Part shown: piece by piece, positions 12,100 through 25,662 of the stretch
How positions within the stretch are numbered: the first letter of the stretch is position 1
Layout of the letters: the number at the start of each line of letters is the position of its first letter
Origin: Carcharhinus amblyrhynchos
Lineage: Eukaryota
Direction: 5' to 3'
Length of the DNA: 64,000 bases
NCBI GenBank assembly: GCA_965287045.1
Contig: OZ336878.1
Span: forward strand, 60,078,001 to 60,142,000
Notes under the pieces: generated by a model
Database searches by the model: none
Told to the model about the DNA's origin: nothing
The model's input: the letters and a program-made list of their open reading frames with translations, nothing else
Translations under genes and position numbers: made by a program

Positions 12100-14080
12100 G
12101 ACAGCTGCTTCACAGAAAACAGCTGGATACCAAACCAACGGAGGAAATATTAGGAGAGGTATTGAAAACCCTGTTCAAAGAAGGATTTTTTGTATCAAGA
12201 AATGGAAGGGTCAGGGAGGGAATTCTAGAGGAAAGGTCTGGACAACTGAAAATGCTTCCATCAATGGCAAGGCAAAAAAAGGAATAAGCCAGAAACAAAG
12301 AATACTTCTTGAGAGTAATTGAAGAGGAGAATGCAAATCACATAAATTCAGGGGCATAAACCAGGAAAGGATTTGAACACAAGGATGAGATTTTAAATTG
12401 GAGACTTTGGAGGATGAGACACCAATGTCAATGAGAAAGGGAGGAGTGATGAGTGCATGGGACAGGACACAGACAAAGTTTTGTACAAGTAGATGGTTAC
12501 AGAGCAAGGAGAAGCCACCAGACAGGGTAACATTACAATAGCAGAGTCTGGAAATGCCAAAGGCATTTTGGAGAATTTGAGCAACAAAATTATGACATTA
12601 CCAAGTTGGAAATCTTTGTTTTAGAGTTGGAAGTTCAGCTGCAATAGACGATGCCTTAATACAACTTGACACATTGACAAGTAAAAGCATGATTATGAAA
12701 TTGACAGCGAAAGCACAGAGTTTGTGGCTGGGGAAAAAGAGGACATCTTCCATCTTCTTAATATTTAATTGGAAGAAACTATGGCTGAAATGGGATTAGA
12801 TCTCAGACAAGCAGTTTAGCAAAGCAGAGGCAGAGAAAGGATCAAGTAATGGTGGCAAAAACGTAGAACTAAGTTTTGTTAGTGTACATGTCGAAGCCAA
12901 CCTCATGTCTGCAAAATGCCTCACATGGGCAGCACATCGACAAAGTCACTAAAGGGACCCAGGACAAATCTTTGGGCACTTTGAGGCAATGGTGCCAGAG
13001 GCAAAATAAAAGCCATTGGTGGTGATGCACCGACTATGATTTGTTAAGAAAAAATGGAACCAAGTTTTTGTTAAATTTTATCCCTTTCTCCGAGTTACAA
13101 AGATGTGCAGAGCAGATGGAGCAAGCCCTTAATCCAACTTTGCTTGCTCCAGAAAGAAAATCCAAATTGAAATTAATTCATGACCCCCACAAAAGAGACA
13201 ACCTAGATCCAAGGTGGCAAGAACAGGCATTACACTTGATCCTACGTTGATCTCAGCCAAACAGAATGGAACCAAGTTGGACAGAGCTAAGGCATTGTAA
13301 GAGTATGGTGTGATGGTATCATGTTGAAGATAGCAGTCTTGAAGAAGTGAAAGTGCATCATGGTTACTGTAGTAAATTATGTAGTTTGAGGGTTGCATCA
13401 GCAGTCTTAACAGTGTCAAGAAGAGAAACATGGAGTTGCAGAAAAGATGGCAATAGAATTGGAAGGCAAATTCAGCTGTGAATGAGAACGGGACGTTGGA
13501 GATGGGGTGTTAGTTTGCAAGAACATGACTGAGGATTGGCATTTGTGGGGGCAGGGAGCACTTGCAATGTTAGCTAGAAAGCCAAGATGCTTCACAGGAT
13601 CAAGGAGACAGAAGTTGAAACTTATGGACAAAACCAGTTTGGAGATAGGAAGTGGGGATATAGGAAAGAGATTGGAGAAGGGCTCAGCAACAGAACTAGT
13701 GCAAAAGGAAGTTTTAACTCTACCAGTGGCATCAGTGCTTTCAGTTTCCATGGCCCAAAACCTCCTTTTTGTTAAAGCTATCGGTCATCTGTCTTAATGC
13801 TCTAGAGTAGTGTGGCCTGGGGTCAAGTTTTGGTTGAAAAAACTCTATGAAGCGCCTACAGGCAATTTACTACAGTAAAAGCATGATATAAAAATAAACT
13901 GTTAACATGGGCAAAGGGAAACGGAGGAAGCAAAAGAAGCAGCTGAACAGATAGTGTTAAATCTTAGTGACAAAGAAATCCATTAATTCACGGTGATGTG
14001 GAGGTGGGAGACGTTCAAGTGAATGGTAGCCAAGAGAAGAAACAACAGAACAGGATAAGAACAATTAAGATGGAGGTGAG
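12100..14080 (-). mobile_element. Old, highly degenerate L2/CR1-clade LINE
   Basis: Long purine-biased + strand. Minus-strand remnants resemble the RT motifs LLLDLSAAFDT (~13310-13360) and HMYADDTQ (~12870-12900). Confidence 0.55.
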
Positions 14081-16221
14081 GTAGCAGTTAATTTAAACAA
14101 CACATATACACAGATAAAATTTGCAGAAATAATTCAGGAAATAGTTATGATACTGATATCATTCACAATGACCACAGTCAACACAAAATTTAAAAAGTTA
14201 ATAACTACATTCTAGGTCATGATTCTGGTACAAATGAGATGGAAGTGAAACATTTCTGATTTTTAACTGAGATGAGGGTTTTGTGTTGTGCACCAACAGA
14301 GGCAGTCTGCCAGATGCAACAATAGTGCCCGAGACAAGTTCAATATTGAACAGACAAAAGTAAGTCACTTGTCAGGTTTGGTGAGAATCTGGGAAGAAGG
14401 AACATCCCTTCCTACAAACATGTAACCAGGACTGAACTACAAAGTAATGCTACAATTTAATTTATTTAGCACTTTTCACAAGTCAGCTGCTGGACTCTAC
14501 CATGGTTCATGCAGGATACTTGAGTGTTTGTTCATTTAGCAGTGTGATTGCGGGTATGGTACAACTGACCTCTGTAGTTTAGTCTGGGAAGTTTGGAGGG
14601 GCACAGCAGCCAAGATCCCACTACTGGTCATCATCAGTGAGCACTCTGGGAATACATACATTAGGTGACGACAGAATCAATTTCGACATCTTCTGATGAC
14701 TGACATTTATTTAGGTCTCACCTGGATAGGCTAAACTTGGGTGTTTTGGTGACAAACACAGGCCACGGTTCTTTTAATCTAATTCCATTTTTCAAAATAA
14801 AGTACACTTCTGCTACCAAATCAGTTTAGGTTTCATGTGGCGATAAGGACAGGCTAGTTAAGTATCTAACAAAAACCTCACTGCAGTGCATCCTTGTTAA
14901 AGATATTCTCTCCTCCACTCAGCAAGAGAATGTTTGACAAGAGCCAAAACAAACCCAATCTCAGTAAAGATGACAAAATTTGGGAGGTGAAAAGTGCCTT
15001 GACAATTCACTTCCTCCTCTTCCCCCACCCACCCCGCTACACATCAAGGTTTAAACACTGAACGTTCACTAGAAATCTCAGCAGGATCACAGCTAACCAA
15101 CCCTCCCCCAACATTCTAAACTCCAAAAAGAAAGCAAATAAATCCAGATACGCCACTACTTTTGAAAGCGAGGAGAGAGTTTACGATGTTTCACCAAGAG
15201 CACATAAGGGACAGATGCCGTGTTTGAATAGAAAAGCCCAAATAACTGAAGCTTTTTTTGTGGTTCACAAAGCAAATCGTGCTGCAGCCCCAATACGAAT
15301 TGCAAATTTCCCTCTTTTGTCTTCCCTTTGTCCTTTAGAAACAGAGATTGTGGAAAGAACCTGGATGGAGGCCCAAAACCAGCAAAAACTACAAAATTTG
15401 TGGTTAGGTCTTTTGCCCAAGAAAAATTGCTGACCCCACCCTCCAAAATCCCACCCAGCTACCCTGGGAGGGTCAGACACCTCCAGAGTGCAAATTAGCC
15501 AGCAATAGCTGCCCCTAAACCAACACAAAGGCTGTCTGGGTGCTGGCCCCTATTACACGTGGCCATGTCATCCCAGGAGCACACAATGAACAACATTCTA
15601 CAAACAAAAGGCAGCTCACACTGGGCATCAGCTACGCCAAGCTCTGCTGCTATGAAAAAACAAACATTCTCTCAGCTCAGGGTTGGGGGGAATTCTTGCT
15701 CTTCCAGCAATATTTTAAACCAGTGGGAGGAAATAAAAATCAAGCATTAGACTCTGAGTTGTTGCATTCTGCTGATAAACAATACTACCACCCAAAGCTC
15801 ACAGGAAGCAGCTCGGTCTCAGAGTGCCATCTCCATGCAGAAGACTAATCTGATGTGTCATTCTAATTGTTACTATTCTTGGCAATTGTTTGGAAATATT
15901 GGATACTGCAAACATTTTACAGTAACTATTGAGGCCAGATGTATTAAATGTACATATTTATCTGAGTGAAACATCAATTAGCACTCAGGTAAACCAGAGA
16001 AGAAGGGATGGGTAAACAGGAGCATCACTTCCAGAATTTGTCTCTAAGCATCGGCACACAGCTTTTTCAGGGTCGTGGAGGAACAGAGCTGAAAGGAAGT
16101 CCTTGGTTATTAACATATTTGTCATCAATTCCATACATCTTGTGTATTACAGCTTTACTTCTCAGGGCTGCTGGATCAAATAGAAAACCACCCAGGAATA
16201 TATAGTCTTTCCTTCACTACA

Positions 16222-16795
16222 TGGTGGCATATTGGTATAGTCGCTGGACGAGTAATCTAGAGACACAGGGCAATGCTCTGGGGACCCAAATTCCAATCCC
16301 CACCATGGCAAATAGTGAAATTTGCATTCAATAAAAATCTGGAATTAAAAGTCTAATGATGACAATTATTGATTGTTGGAAAAACCCATCTGGCTCACTA
16401 GCGTCCTTTTTACCTGGTCTGATCTACATGTGACTCCAGACATACAGCAATGTGGTTGACTCTTAAATGGGCAATAAATGCTGGAAGAAGTCTCACAATG
16501 CCAGGTTAAAGTCCAACCAATTTATTTGATAGTAAACTCACAAGCTTTTGGGGTTTGCCCCTTCATGAGGTGAATGGAGAGTTCTGGCCTCAGACAGCAT
16601 ATAACAGCACAGACTGTTTACAGATTACTGTTAAGAATGCGAGTCTTTACAACTAACCTGCTATTCAAATCTTAAAGATGCCGACAACGTGAGTGGAAAG
16701 AGCATTAGGCATAGGTTAAAGAAATGTGTATTGTCTCCAGCAATAATAAATGCTGGCCCAGCCAGTGATGCCTGCATCCCATGAACAAATAAATT
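16222..16795 (+). mobile_element. tRNA-derived SINE interrupted by a Penelope pLTR fragment
   Basis: tRNA-like head and GGGCAATAAATGCTGG...CATCCCATGAA tail. Homologous to the minus-strand copies at 18470-18815 and 44630-44945. Confidence 0.75.
16485..16744 (-). mobile_element. Penelope pLTR fragment inserted in a SINE
   Basis: Homologous to 927-1180; flanked by the duplication AATAAATGCTGG (~16473-16484 and ~16745-16756). Confidence 0.85.
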
Positions 16796-17009
16796 TTAAA
16801 AACTGCCTTTAATAAATAGACAGCTTAACTCAAGCGCTGAACTGCCATTAGATTACAGCCATTTAATTCATTTTACGGTAAAAGTGAAAAAGATTTATAG
16901 GGTCCAAAAAGACTCAAACTTACCCTTGTCAACAACGCACTCCTTTTTTAGAGTTTACTCAGTCAGTTCGGAGTATTTTAACGGCTGATTAGCTTCTATT
17001 AATCCTTGC

Positions 17010-17445
17010 AGTTTTTTTTAATTTTAGCGTCACAAGTGGACTTACATTAACACTGCAATGAAGTTACTGTGAAAATCCCCTAGTCAACACACTCTGGCAC
17101 CTGTTCAGGTACACCAAGGGAGAATTTAGCATGGCTAATGCACCTAACCAACATGCCTGAAAGATGGCATGTGCTGATCACTAGCATGCAGTTTTGGTAG
17201 TCACTTTTAAAAGAGTTCCAAATAAATAGACCATATTTATCTTGGGAGGAAAATTTCATAGAATCATAGAGCCTACAGTGCAGAAACAGGCCCTTCGGCC
17301 TATCGAGTCTGCACCGACCACAATCCCACCCAGGCCCTATCCCCATATCCCGGCATATTTTACCTGCTAATCCCTCTAACCTAAGCATCTCAGGACACTA
17401 AGGGGCAATTTTAGCATGGCCAATCAACTGGCACATCTTTGGACT
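17010..17445 (-). mobile_element. Two V-SINE/HE1-like SINE fragments
   Basis: AATTTAGCATGGC(C/T)AAT core occurs twice, with a CR1-like tail CATAGAATCATAGAG...CAGGCCCTTCGGCC. Confidence 0.7.
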
Positions 17446-18174
17446 ATTTACTACTATTTTCTCACCCTTTTGCCTTATCCTGGAGATCATGTTGGAGATT
17501 TAGGTTACTGGGATATTTCCATGTTCCTTCCAATGAAATGTCACATTCATATATTCTTTCAGAAGGAAATTAAATACCTCTTTGAAGGAGATAAATTAAC
17601 AAGTGTAGGGCCATACCAAGCAACTCAGAAAAACACAAGTACTTGACCTAATAACACATCACAATAATTCGGGTTATTCTGGTTTCAAAACAAGAGATTC
17701 CCATTCATTAATTTTGGTGCAAAATGAACATTTCAAACTACCTTGTGTTCTGCTTCAGCTGGATTGCTACCAGTGGTCACAGCAGCCCAGAGCTACCAGT
17801 GGGAAGTAGCAGCCAAGGCCTTCACTCCCAGTCACTCCCTCTGGAAAATGCACGTATGAGCACAACAAATGAGAGTAAGATCATCCCTTGGAATGCCACA
17901 CATCCAGTAAGCCTGCTGACATACACAATCTGAGATCACGCATACAAAAAATAGCCACTTGGATGCGTGTAGCAAGAGATCCTCACTGAATGAAATTTTA
18001 CAACAACTCAGCTCCGTCATGAAGGGAGAAGAGAAAGAGAAAATGTTTACGCAATTTCAACAGTAAAACCTCCGCAGCTACACAATTTTAATAACACTGA
18101 CAATACACTGTACAAGTTGTTCTGTTGGAATCATTCTTTTTCAGACAGATTTGTCTGTGCAATACTCCATACAT

Positions 18175-18460
18175 CATGGTAAGTACTCCAACTTCTAAAT
18201 CAAAGTGTTGTGGATTCAAGCCACACTCTCAGACTTTAGCTCATAATCAAGGCTGACACTCCAGTGTAGCATTGAGGGAATACTGTATGACTAGATGTGT
18301 AGTCTTCTGATGACAGGTGAGACATTAAACTAAGGGCCACTGGTTACTAGCTCCACTGGTTCAAGAAAATGTTGAAATGCAGTTGAGTTACACGAAGAGG
18401 AAGGAGTATTCCACCTCTATACCACCACCAAAAGCTTAATGGACACATCACTGTTTGTGG
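18175..18460 (+). mobile_element. Deu-domain SINE (SacSINE1-like), degenerate
   Basis: GTGGATTCAAGCC...GGCTGACACTCCAGTGTAGCATTGAGGGAATACTG...GAGACATTAAAC. Confidence 0.6.
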
Positions 18461-18467
18461 ATTTTAA

Positions 18468-18815
18468 AAATTCATTCATGGGACATGGGCATCACTGGCT
18501 GGCCAGCATTTACTGCCCATCCCCAGTTGCCTGAAGGCAATTTAGAGTCAACCACATTGCTGTGGCTCTGGAGTCACATGTAAGCCAGACCAGGTAAGGA
18601 TGGCAGATTTCCTTCCCTGATTGACATTAGTGAACCAGATGGGTGTTTCTGACAATTGACAATGGTTCATGGTCATCAGTAGATTCTTAATTCCAGATAT
18701 TTATCAAATTCAAATTCCACCATCTGCTGTAGCAGGATTCAAACCCGGTTCCCCAGAACATTAGCTGAGTTCCTGGATTAAAAGTCTAGGATGATACCAC
18801 TAGGCCATCGCCTAC
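18468..18815 (-). mobile_element. tRNA-derived SINE, near full length
   Basis: Reverse complement of the 16222-16795 family. Confidence 0.8.
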
Positions 18816-19074
18816 CCATGGCTATCAATAAAATGACAATCACACTTTCCCAAATGCCAATAAATGTACATCAAAATAGTTGCCTTTCAGAATGTGAGGT
18901 GTGAAGTGCAGTGTAACTCTCTTTTTGCTAACCATACCATTTCAGGTAAGTGCTCTTCAGGGGAGCAGAGGCACAGCCACTGCTGCTCTCTTCCTGTACA
19001 CCTCATGGTAGCCAATTCCAGCAATGTGAACAAGTACACAATCTAGTGACAAAAACAATGTGACTGACAGCTGG

Positions 19075-19280
19075 AGTAAAAACAGAAAATGCTGGAGAAA
19101 CTCAGCAGGTCTAACAGCATCTGTGGAGACAGAGAAATAAATCTAATATTTTGAGAGAAATAAGGCTAATATTAATATTTTAATTTTGAGTATTTACAGA
19201 CTCTCCAACAGAACTCAGTTGATCCAGCACTTTCAGTTTTTATTTCAGATTTTGAACATCCGCAGTATTTTGCTTTTATT
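19075..19280. mobile_element. Short fold-back element, second Penelope-derived family
   Basis: AAACAGAAAATGCTGGA...CAGCATCTGTGGAG and inverted TCCAGCACTTTCAGTTTT. Relatives at ~23260-23565, 33355-33470, 44340-44560, 58580-58610 and 61600-61680. Confidence 0.6.
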
Positions 19281-20989
19281 AGAGAGCACTCAAGGTTGTT
19301 GGGCAGGCAGGAGGGGGGTTTGATGAGGGAAGGAATGAACGAAATTGGAGATGTGAGCAAGGGCCTCTGTATTTTGTAGCTCAACACCTCCCAACAATTA
19401 GAACACTCCTGCGGAAAAACAGAATATTTTTTATTTCTCTGACATTTTAATGCAGTTATCAAAGAAAGTTACACCCAAGCCAGCCTCTGTGTACAGTCAG
19501 CAAGCCATTAGTCAGCAATTTTCCTCACAAAACATGAGAACTGTACCTCCTTCATACAATTGAATCTATTCATCCACAAATTCATACACCGAGTGACACA
19601 TCTGACAAAAGTTTCAATTAAGTTCACTACAGAAAAGGTTTCAAAACAACTGACAGTTGAATCCCAATAAACTGACACTACTTCAACTCGACTTGAGCAA
19701 TTACTCATGTCACATCAACACTAGCACAGTTGAAGCACCACTCTTTTCAATGATCAGTTATAAAAGGTCTATCAAAGGACAAATATAGAACTTTTGTTCC
19801 CAGAATAGGACTTATTTTCTTTAAACATCCAGTTCAAACAAAATAGGCCAGTTCCAGTCGCTACTTGGTTTCAGATAAATGTTTTCTCCCTCTTCTTATC
19901 TGCCATAATTTGCTTCACCACCCTTTTCGATGATGATGATTCATTACTGGACCACAAGTGCTCTTGGGTATCTTGCCCAAAATGGGTAACCGTCGTGAGT
20001 TAGCCTTGTCAAAGTTTAGTTCAGCGGGTACTATAAAGCTGATCCAGACTTAAGTTTGCACCGATGATCCACACACAGACAAGCAAAGCTCTCATGGGTG
20101 AGAAAATCTGACTCACTTTCTCTTCCCTACCTCAGGTAAAATTTAGTTTGATTATAGTGTTCACCCAACCACCCATCTCCCCCAAAATATCCAGCTGAAT
20201 TCAGCCTTTGCCACAAGAATCAAATCTGAGATTCCTGGTCTGTACAGCTCAACTACTTGTGAAGCTGGTGGCGGAGCTATAAAAAAAAATTAATGCATCA
20301 AACCATCTGTTGCATGCGTAACACCCGAGTATCAGCCACACAATGCTGTATCAAGTGTTTACTTGCATCACTGATACCATTTCCAAGATACAAGGAGCAT
20401 AAACACGCTGGCCAGTTGCCTGGAACAATTTGGCCATTCATTATCTCTTACATCAATACAATCCAACCATTGGCTTAAGGTGATGCGGACACTGAAGTGG
20501 ACAACACAGTCCAATACTGATGTGGCATGATCAGTTCTCAAATTTGTGCAAGGAACTTGGCAGAATTGTTCCCCTTTTCTCCAAGGGTAAAACATTAACT
20601 TAACCCCCTCCCCCCTCTCTTTCCAATGTTGATTAATCCACCATACAGTTCCAACTTTCAGTATTTTTATCTCACAAGTCCTTTTTATTAGAACCTGCAA
20701 ATATGCTCAAGTCAAATTAATGTGTAACAAATGTTGTTCAGCTATAACTACTATCCACTAAAATACGGAGTTGTGGAACCTGTAGGGTTGATTCTTCTCC
20801 ATTTGCTCTCAGTTCCTTCCCATACTTTACGTGACTCTGCAGGATGTGGGCAACATGCTATTCCCTGTTTATATTTATTAATGTTTCAATAATTCCTTCA
20901 CACACCTAGCTCATTATGTTCCCAACATTAGAAATTTCTAGGGTAAAATTTTCACAATAGAAGCCTCCCTGACGAATTAATTCCAAACC

Positions 20990-21310
20990 TCACTCAGTGT
21001 CATAGGTATAAGCAATCAAGTATAGAGCAGGAGGTCCCATGTTCAACTCCTGCATTTGTGTTGAGTTAGCTGATCTCAGAAAGAGTGATAAGAGTCACTA
21101 AAATTGGCTGCAGCAACTCAGTCAGGAAAAGGAAATTTAACAGCCCCCACCGGAAAGTACACGCGTGATGCTGAAATGATAAAGGCATAATGATTCAAGC
21201 GCCAATAAAGTCTAGCAAGGCTCAAAAATAATGAGATCCGCCATCCTGAAGCACAGAAGTGCTGCCGTCTTGTGGGACTGAGCAACCTTTAAGACTGGGG
21301 GGAAAGGGGA
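20990..21310 (+). mobile_element. Old tRNA-derived SINE (AmnSINE2-like), representative copy
   Basis: GGAGGTCCCATGTTCAA...TGAGTTAGCTGATCTCAG core. Degenerate relatives at ~20000-20270, 24050-24240, 29180-29390, 34120-34325, 41490-41600, 42840-43030, 44150-44330, 50500-50690 and 52450-52720. Confidence 0.5.
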
Positions 21311-22049
21311 GAAGGGAAAATTCGACCTGCTTGTAACCCTGTAGTAGCTGCTGCTCAAACATTAGGAATAAATGGCAGGAGGCTATCAATTAATAGTGGA
21401 TAAGTTTTTAAATGTCACAAAATGAAAGTGAATTATAACGAGCTAACCAGTCCATCATTTTCACAGCAATTTTTACTGAACTGTGCTCAATGATTCAAAG
21501 CAATGCGAAATCAGCTTGGCAGTCACCTGTCACAACTAACTGTTACACTGCAGCCAGAACTTATGACAAATTAAACCGCAGCAGCTAAATGGTCTATTTC
21601 CAGTCATTATGGTCAAAACATTCCTTCCACAAAATGAAGCTCAAACCTCAAATTCAAACATTCAATTACATACTCCTTACAAGAGTAATGGTATAGTTGG
21701 TGCATGTAGCAGAATGTATTACACCAGAAGTACCCGCAATGAGTAGAACTCAAACAGAAAACTGTTCAAAGCAAACTTCTGGAGCTTGATGACATTGCAC
21801 AGTTGGTAAATGCACCAGAGCAAAGTGAAAGACATGGAAAGTCCACATAGTTTGACAAACAATTTGTCCTGACTTATCTAATCTCCACCAGGCATCAGCA
21901 TGACAACTCCAAGGATAAGACAACCTCAGAATTGCCAATGGCAACTAAAATCCAAGCTCTGGTGCTGGTGATACTTGCAGGAAGAACTGCATGAGGATAA
22001 CCAACAGTAATAGAATCTCTATGGTGCAAAAGGAGGTCATTCAGTCCAT

Positions 22050-22325
22050 TGAGTCTGTACCAACTCTGACAAAGCATTTTACCCAGAACCCCTCCTAGCC
22101 CCACACGTTTGCCCAGTTAATTCTCTAACTTACACATCTTCAGATACTAAAGGGCATTTAACATGGTCAATCCACCTAATCTGCACACCTTTGGATTGTG
22201 GAAGGAAACCGGGACACTTGGAGGAAACGCACACAGACATGGGGAGAAAGTGCGAACACCACAAAGAATTACCCTGGCACCTCCATTCCAGTAAGCCAGG
22301 CCTGGGTTCAACCACTGTGCTCTCA
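22050..22325 (-). mobile_element. V-SINE / HE1-like SINE
   Basis: Minus strand TTCTCCCCATGTCTGTGTGCGTTTCCTCC...GGTTTCCTTCCACAATCCAAAGGTGTGCAGATTAGGTGGATTG is the V-domain core. Confidence 0.8.
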
Positions 22326-24499
22326 TTGTCCTATTGCCTGCTGACTTCCACTGCCTAAAATCACAGTTCACAAATAAACCCCTGGACCAGAGTGGTGGGC
22401 CTGGTAGATGTGCAGCTATACAACAACCCATATCAATGGTTTGGGATTGGCAGCAAGAAAAGGAACTGACAATTGTATATTCCAATGTTGAATCAAATGA
22501 TTGGTCTGACAAAATGGGTATATTAAACACCAATCCTGACTAACAGTACCCACATAAGAATGGCAGGGCACTAAAGTTAGATTGATATCACACACATCAC
22601 AAATTGTGTATCTTACTAAGACCATGAAACAGTTGCATACTCCTACAACAAACAGGACAAAGTGGTGATAAACACCTGTCAACTGCATCTCTTCCAATGG
22701 AAGAGATAAACACATCAACCAATAAGGTACTTAAACTTGTGCAATAAGGTATATAACCCAACACACAAGACGGTCTCAAATTCAAATGATCTCTGCCAGT
22801 GCAGCTATAAGGATAATTTGTTTTGTAAGTTCCCAGGCCAGAGGCAAAAAAAAACTAAATTAAGACAGGTTCTTGTCCTTAATCATTAGCCAGTGATCTC
22901 TCTCAGAAAACGTTCATATATATTCGGCAAAATCTGCCTCTGCTGCCAAATCCACAATCAAGGAGTCCATCAGCACACACAAAGAGCATTGGGGCAAGGT
23001 GCTTATTTCTGTTGAGCAAAACCCCTTAAGCTGGAGCTGCACTTGGGTCCCAATTTTGTGGTCTGAGAGAAAGCAAAACAGGAAATCTCTTGCAACGGTA
23101 ATTTGATACACACACAAGCAGATGTATACAAACCATTAGAAATTTGCATAAAACATCGAGTTGTGCTTGCAATACTAACTCATATAACCATTAGCTCAGT
23201 AGCATAACAAGGTCCTGTACAGTACTTCTGCATGCTCAATAAAGGCAATCATTTAAGAAATAAGACAGAAAATTCTCAAAAGTGCTCATAACTTCATTGC
23301 AGTGGTAATGTAAGCCTAATTGTGACACTAATAAATAAACATTTTAAACAAGCTTAAGCAGGTCTTGCAGCAACAACAGATGGAAATAGAATCAATGCTG
23401 AAGGTCCATTTCCAGTCAGACTTCTCATGAATGGTCCTGGAAACAGGTCACAGACCTGAAACGTTAACTCTGCTTCTCTCTCCATAGATGCTGCGTGATT
23501 TGCTGAGTATTTCCAGCATTTTCTGTTTTACTTCAGGCTTCCAACATTCACAATACTTTGCTCTCAAATCACTCAAAGAACAGGAGAATGCAGGCACCCT
23601 ACTCTGCTGTAGACATAGATGCCCTAGAATGTAATCTACTTAAAATTAGCCATGCATGATACAAACCTATTTACGCTTTGGGCAAAAAGTGCCACCAATA
23701 TAATATTACATTCAATTACAAAGTATCCAATCCATTCAGAATCATTGGAAAAGCACAATTTTACAGCTCTGACAATCTGTTTTTAGGTACTTCATTCACA
23801 ACAGAATCTCAAGGTTCCAGTTTTCTACGATTGCCCAAAGACTGTGAAGCTATGTAGGGATGTCTTCTGATCTTCCTATAGAATCACTGGTGATGAGATA
23901 GTGAAGGTAACAACAACATTATATAAACTCTGGTTAAGGATGCTGTTCAGCAGTGGCCACCAACACTGAGTTGACCCATTTCTTCCCAAAATCCCTCCCC
24001 CCTCTGTGGGAACTAATCATCCAAGTGGACATTCTTAAGACAGGTGCCTAGGCAATGAGATTGGTTTCACAGCCAGGCCCAATCCTTCTCACCAAATGTC
24101 CAATTTCCAGTAGGAATCACTACCAGGAGCTGGTTTTACGCTGTTCCAATTGAGAGGTGAGTAGCCCAATTTTAACACCATAACTGTTACCTCAATTAAG
24201 AACAGTTAACTCAGCAGACCATGATTAAGGCTGGAAACTTCTGCTTTTATTTTATGAAGTACCAAATGAGATCTTAATGTAAAAGCTAAGTCATTAGGAA
24301 AGGTCTGTACTAAGCACCTTCAATTTCTGACTATACAATGTCTGCTTTACACATCTCGAAGTATAACTCTGGCAAAGAGGTAACTTAAATAATCTCTATT
24401 TTCTTTCAATTTTTCTCTCAACTTGTAGGCAGTAACTAAAAATAGTATGCAACTTCAATATTGCCAGCGGACCTCTTCACTTCAAGGTTTATGCTACTG

Positions 24500-25225
24500 T
24501 GCAGAGGGACCTGGGGATCCTTGTGCATGAATCACAAAAACTCAGTTTGGAGATGTAGCAGGTGATCAAGAAGGCAAATGGAATATTGGCCTTTATTGCG
24601 AGAGGGATGGAGTATAAAAGCAGGGGGGTCTTGCTGCAATTGTACAAGGTACTGGTGAGGCCGCACCTAGAGTACTGAGTGCAATTTTGGTCCCCTTATT
24701 TAAGAAAGGATATATTAGCTTTGGAGGGGGTGCAGAGAAGATTCACTAGGTTGATTCTGGAGGTGAAGAGGTTAGCTTACAAGGAGAGATTGAGTAGGCT
24801 GGGGCTGTACTCATTGAAGTTTAGAAGGCTGAGGGGAGATCTTATAGAGACATATAAGATAATGAAGGGGCTAGACAGGGTAGAGGCAGAGAGATTATTT
24901 CCACTTAAATGGAAACAAGAACTAGAGGGCACAGCCTCAAAATAAGGGTGAGTCAATTTAGAACAGAGTTGAGGAGGAACTTCTCCCGGAAGGTGGTGAA
25001 TCTTTGGAATTCTCTGCCCATTGAAACAGTGGAGGCTACCTCGTTAAACGTGTTTAAGTCACAGGTAGATAGATTTTTGACCAATAAAGGAATTAAGGGT
25101 TATGGGGAGCAGGCAGGTAAGTGAAAGTGAACCACTATCAGATCAGTCATGATCTTATTGAATGGCAGGGCAGGCTCGAGGGGCTAGATGGCCTACTCCT
25201 GCTCCTATCTCTTACGTTCTTATAT
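24500..25225 (+). mobile_element. CR1-type LINE 3' end, relatively young
   Basis: Peptides QFWSPYLRKDILALEGVQRRFTRLI...LRGDLIETYKIMKGLD and TRGHSLKI...VVNLWNSLP; tail GGCCTACTCCTGCTCCTAT. Confidence 0.92.
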
Positions 25226-25662
25226 ATTCTTCCTGTGCTCCTGAGCCATTCACACATCTGGGTAACAACTTAAGACTTCAATCAATTAACCTTTTGTAAA
25301 AAAGGATTCCAAGGACCATGTGGCTAATTGGAGCACCATAATAGCAAACTCACCAAGAGGTTCCAAGCCAATGTCTTCCAGGTTGATGTCCCTCAATCCC
25401 ACAAAAACAATGTATTTCAGCAATAAGCTGCTGAGACTCGGACAACATTTTATCAACCTAATGGCTTTTGTTTTTGCTCAAAATTGACAAGTCTTGTCAG
25501 TAACTGCCAACTTTTGCTTTCAAAGCTATTCACCTCAGGAGTTATTCTATTACAAAGAAACACATTTCCATGAAAGTTACCCTCTTTAGGCAGCCTGATA
25601 TTCACAGCAGACTAAACAGAATTTGGCAAAATTTGCAGTTAAGCCGTGATTTATATAGGATC

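Noticed and set aside
16222-16310. tRNA-like sequences at SINE heads
   Set aside because: They are degenerate A/B boxes continuing into SINE bodies, with no complete cloverleaf.
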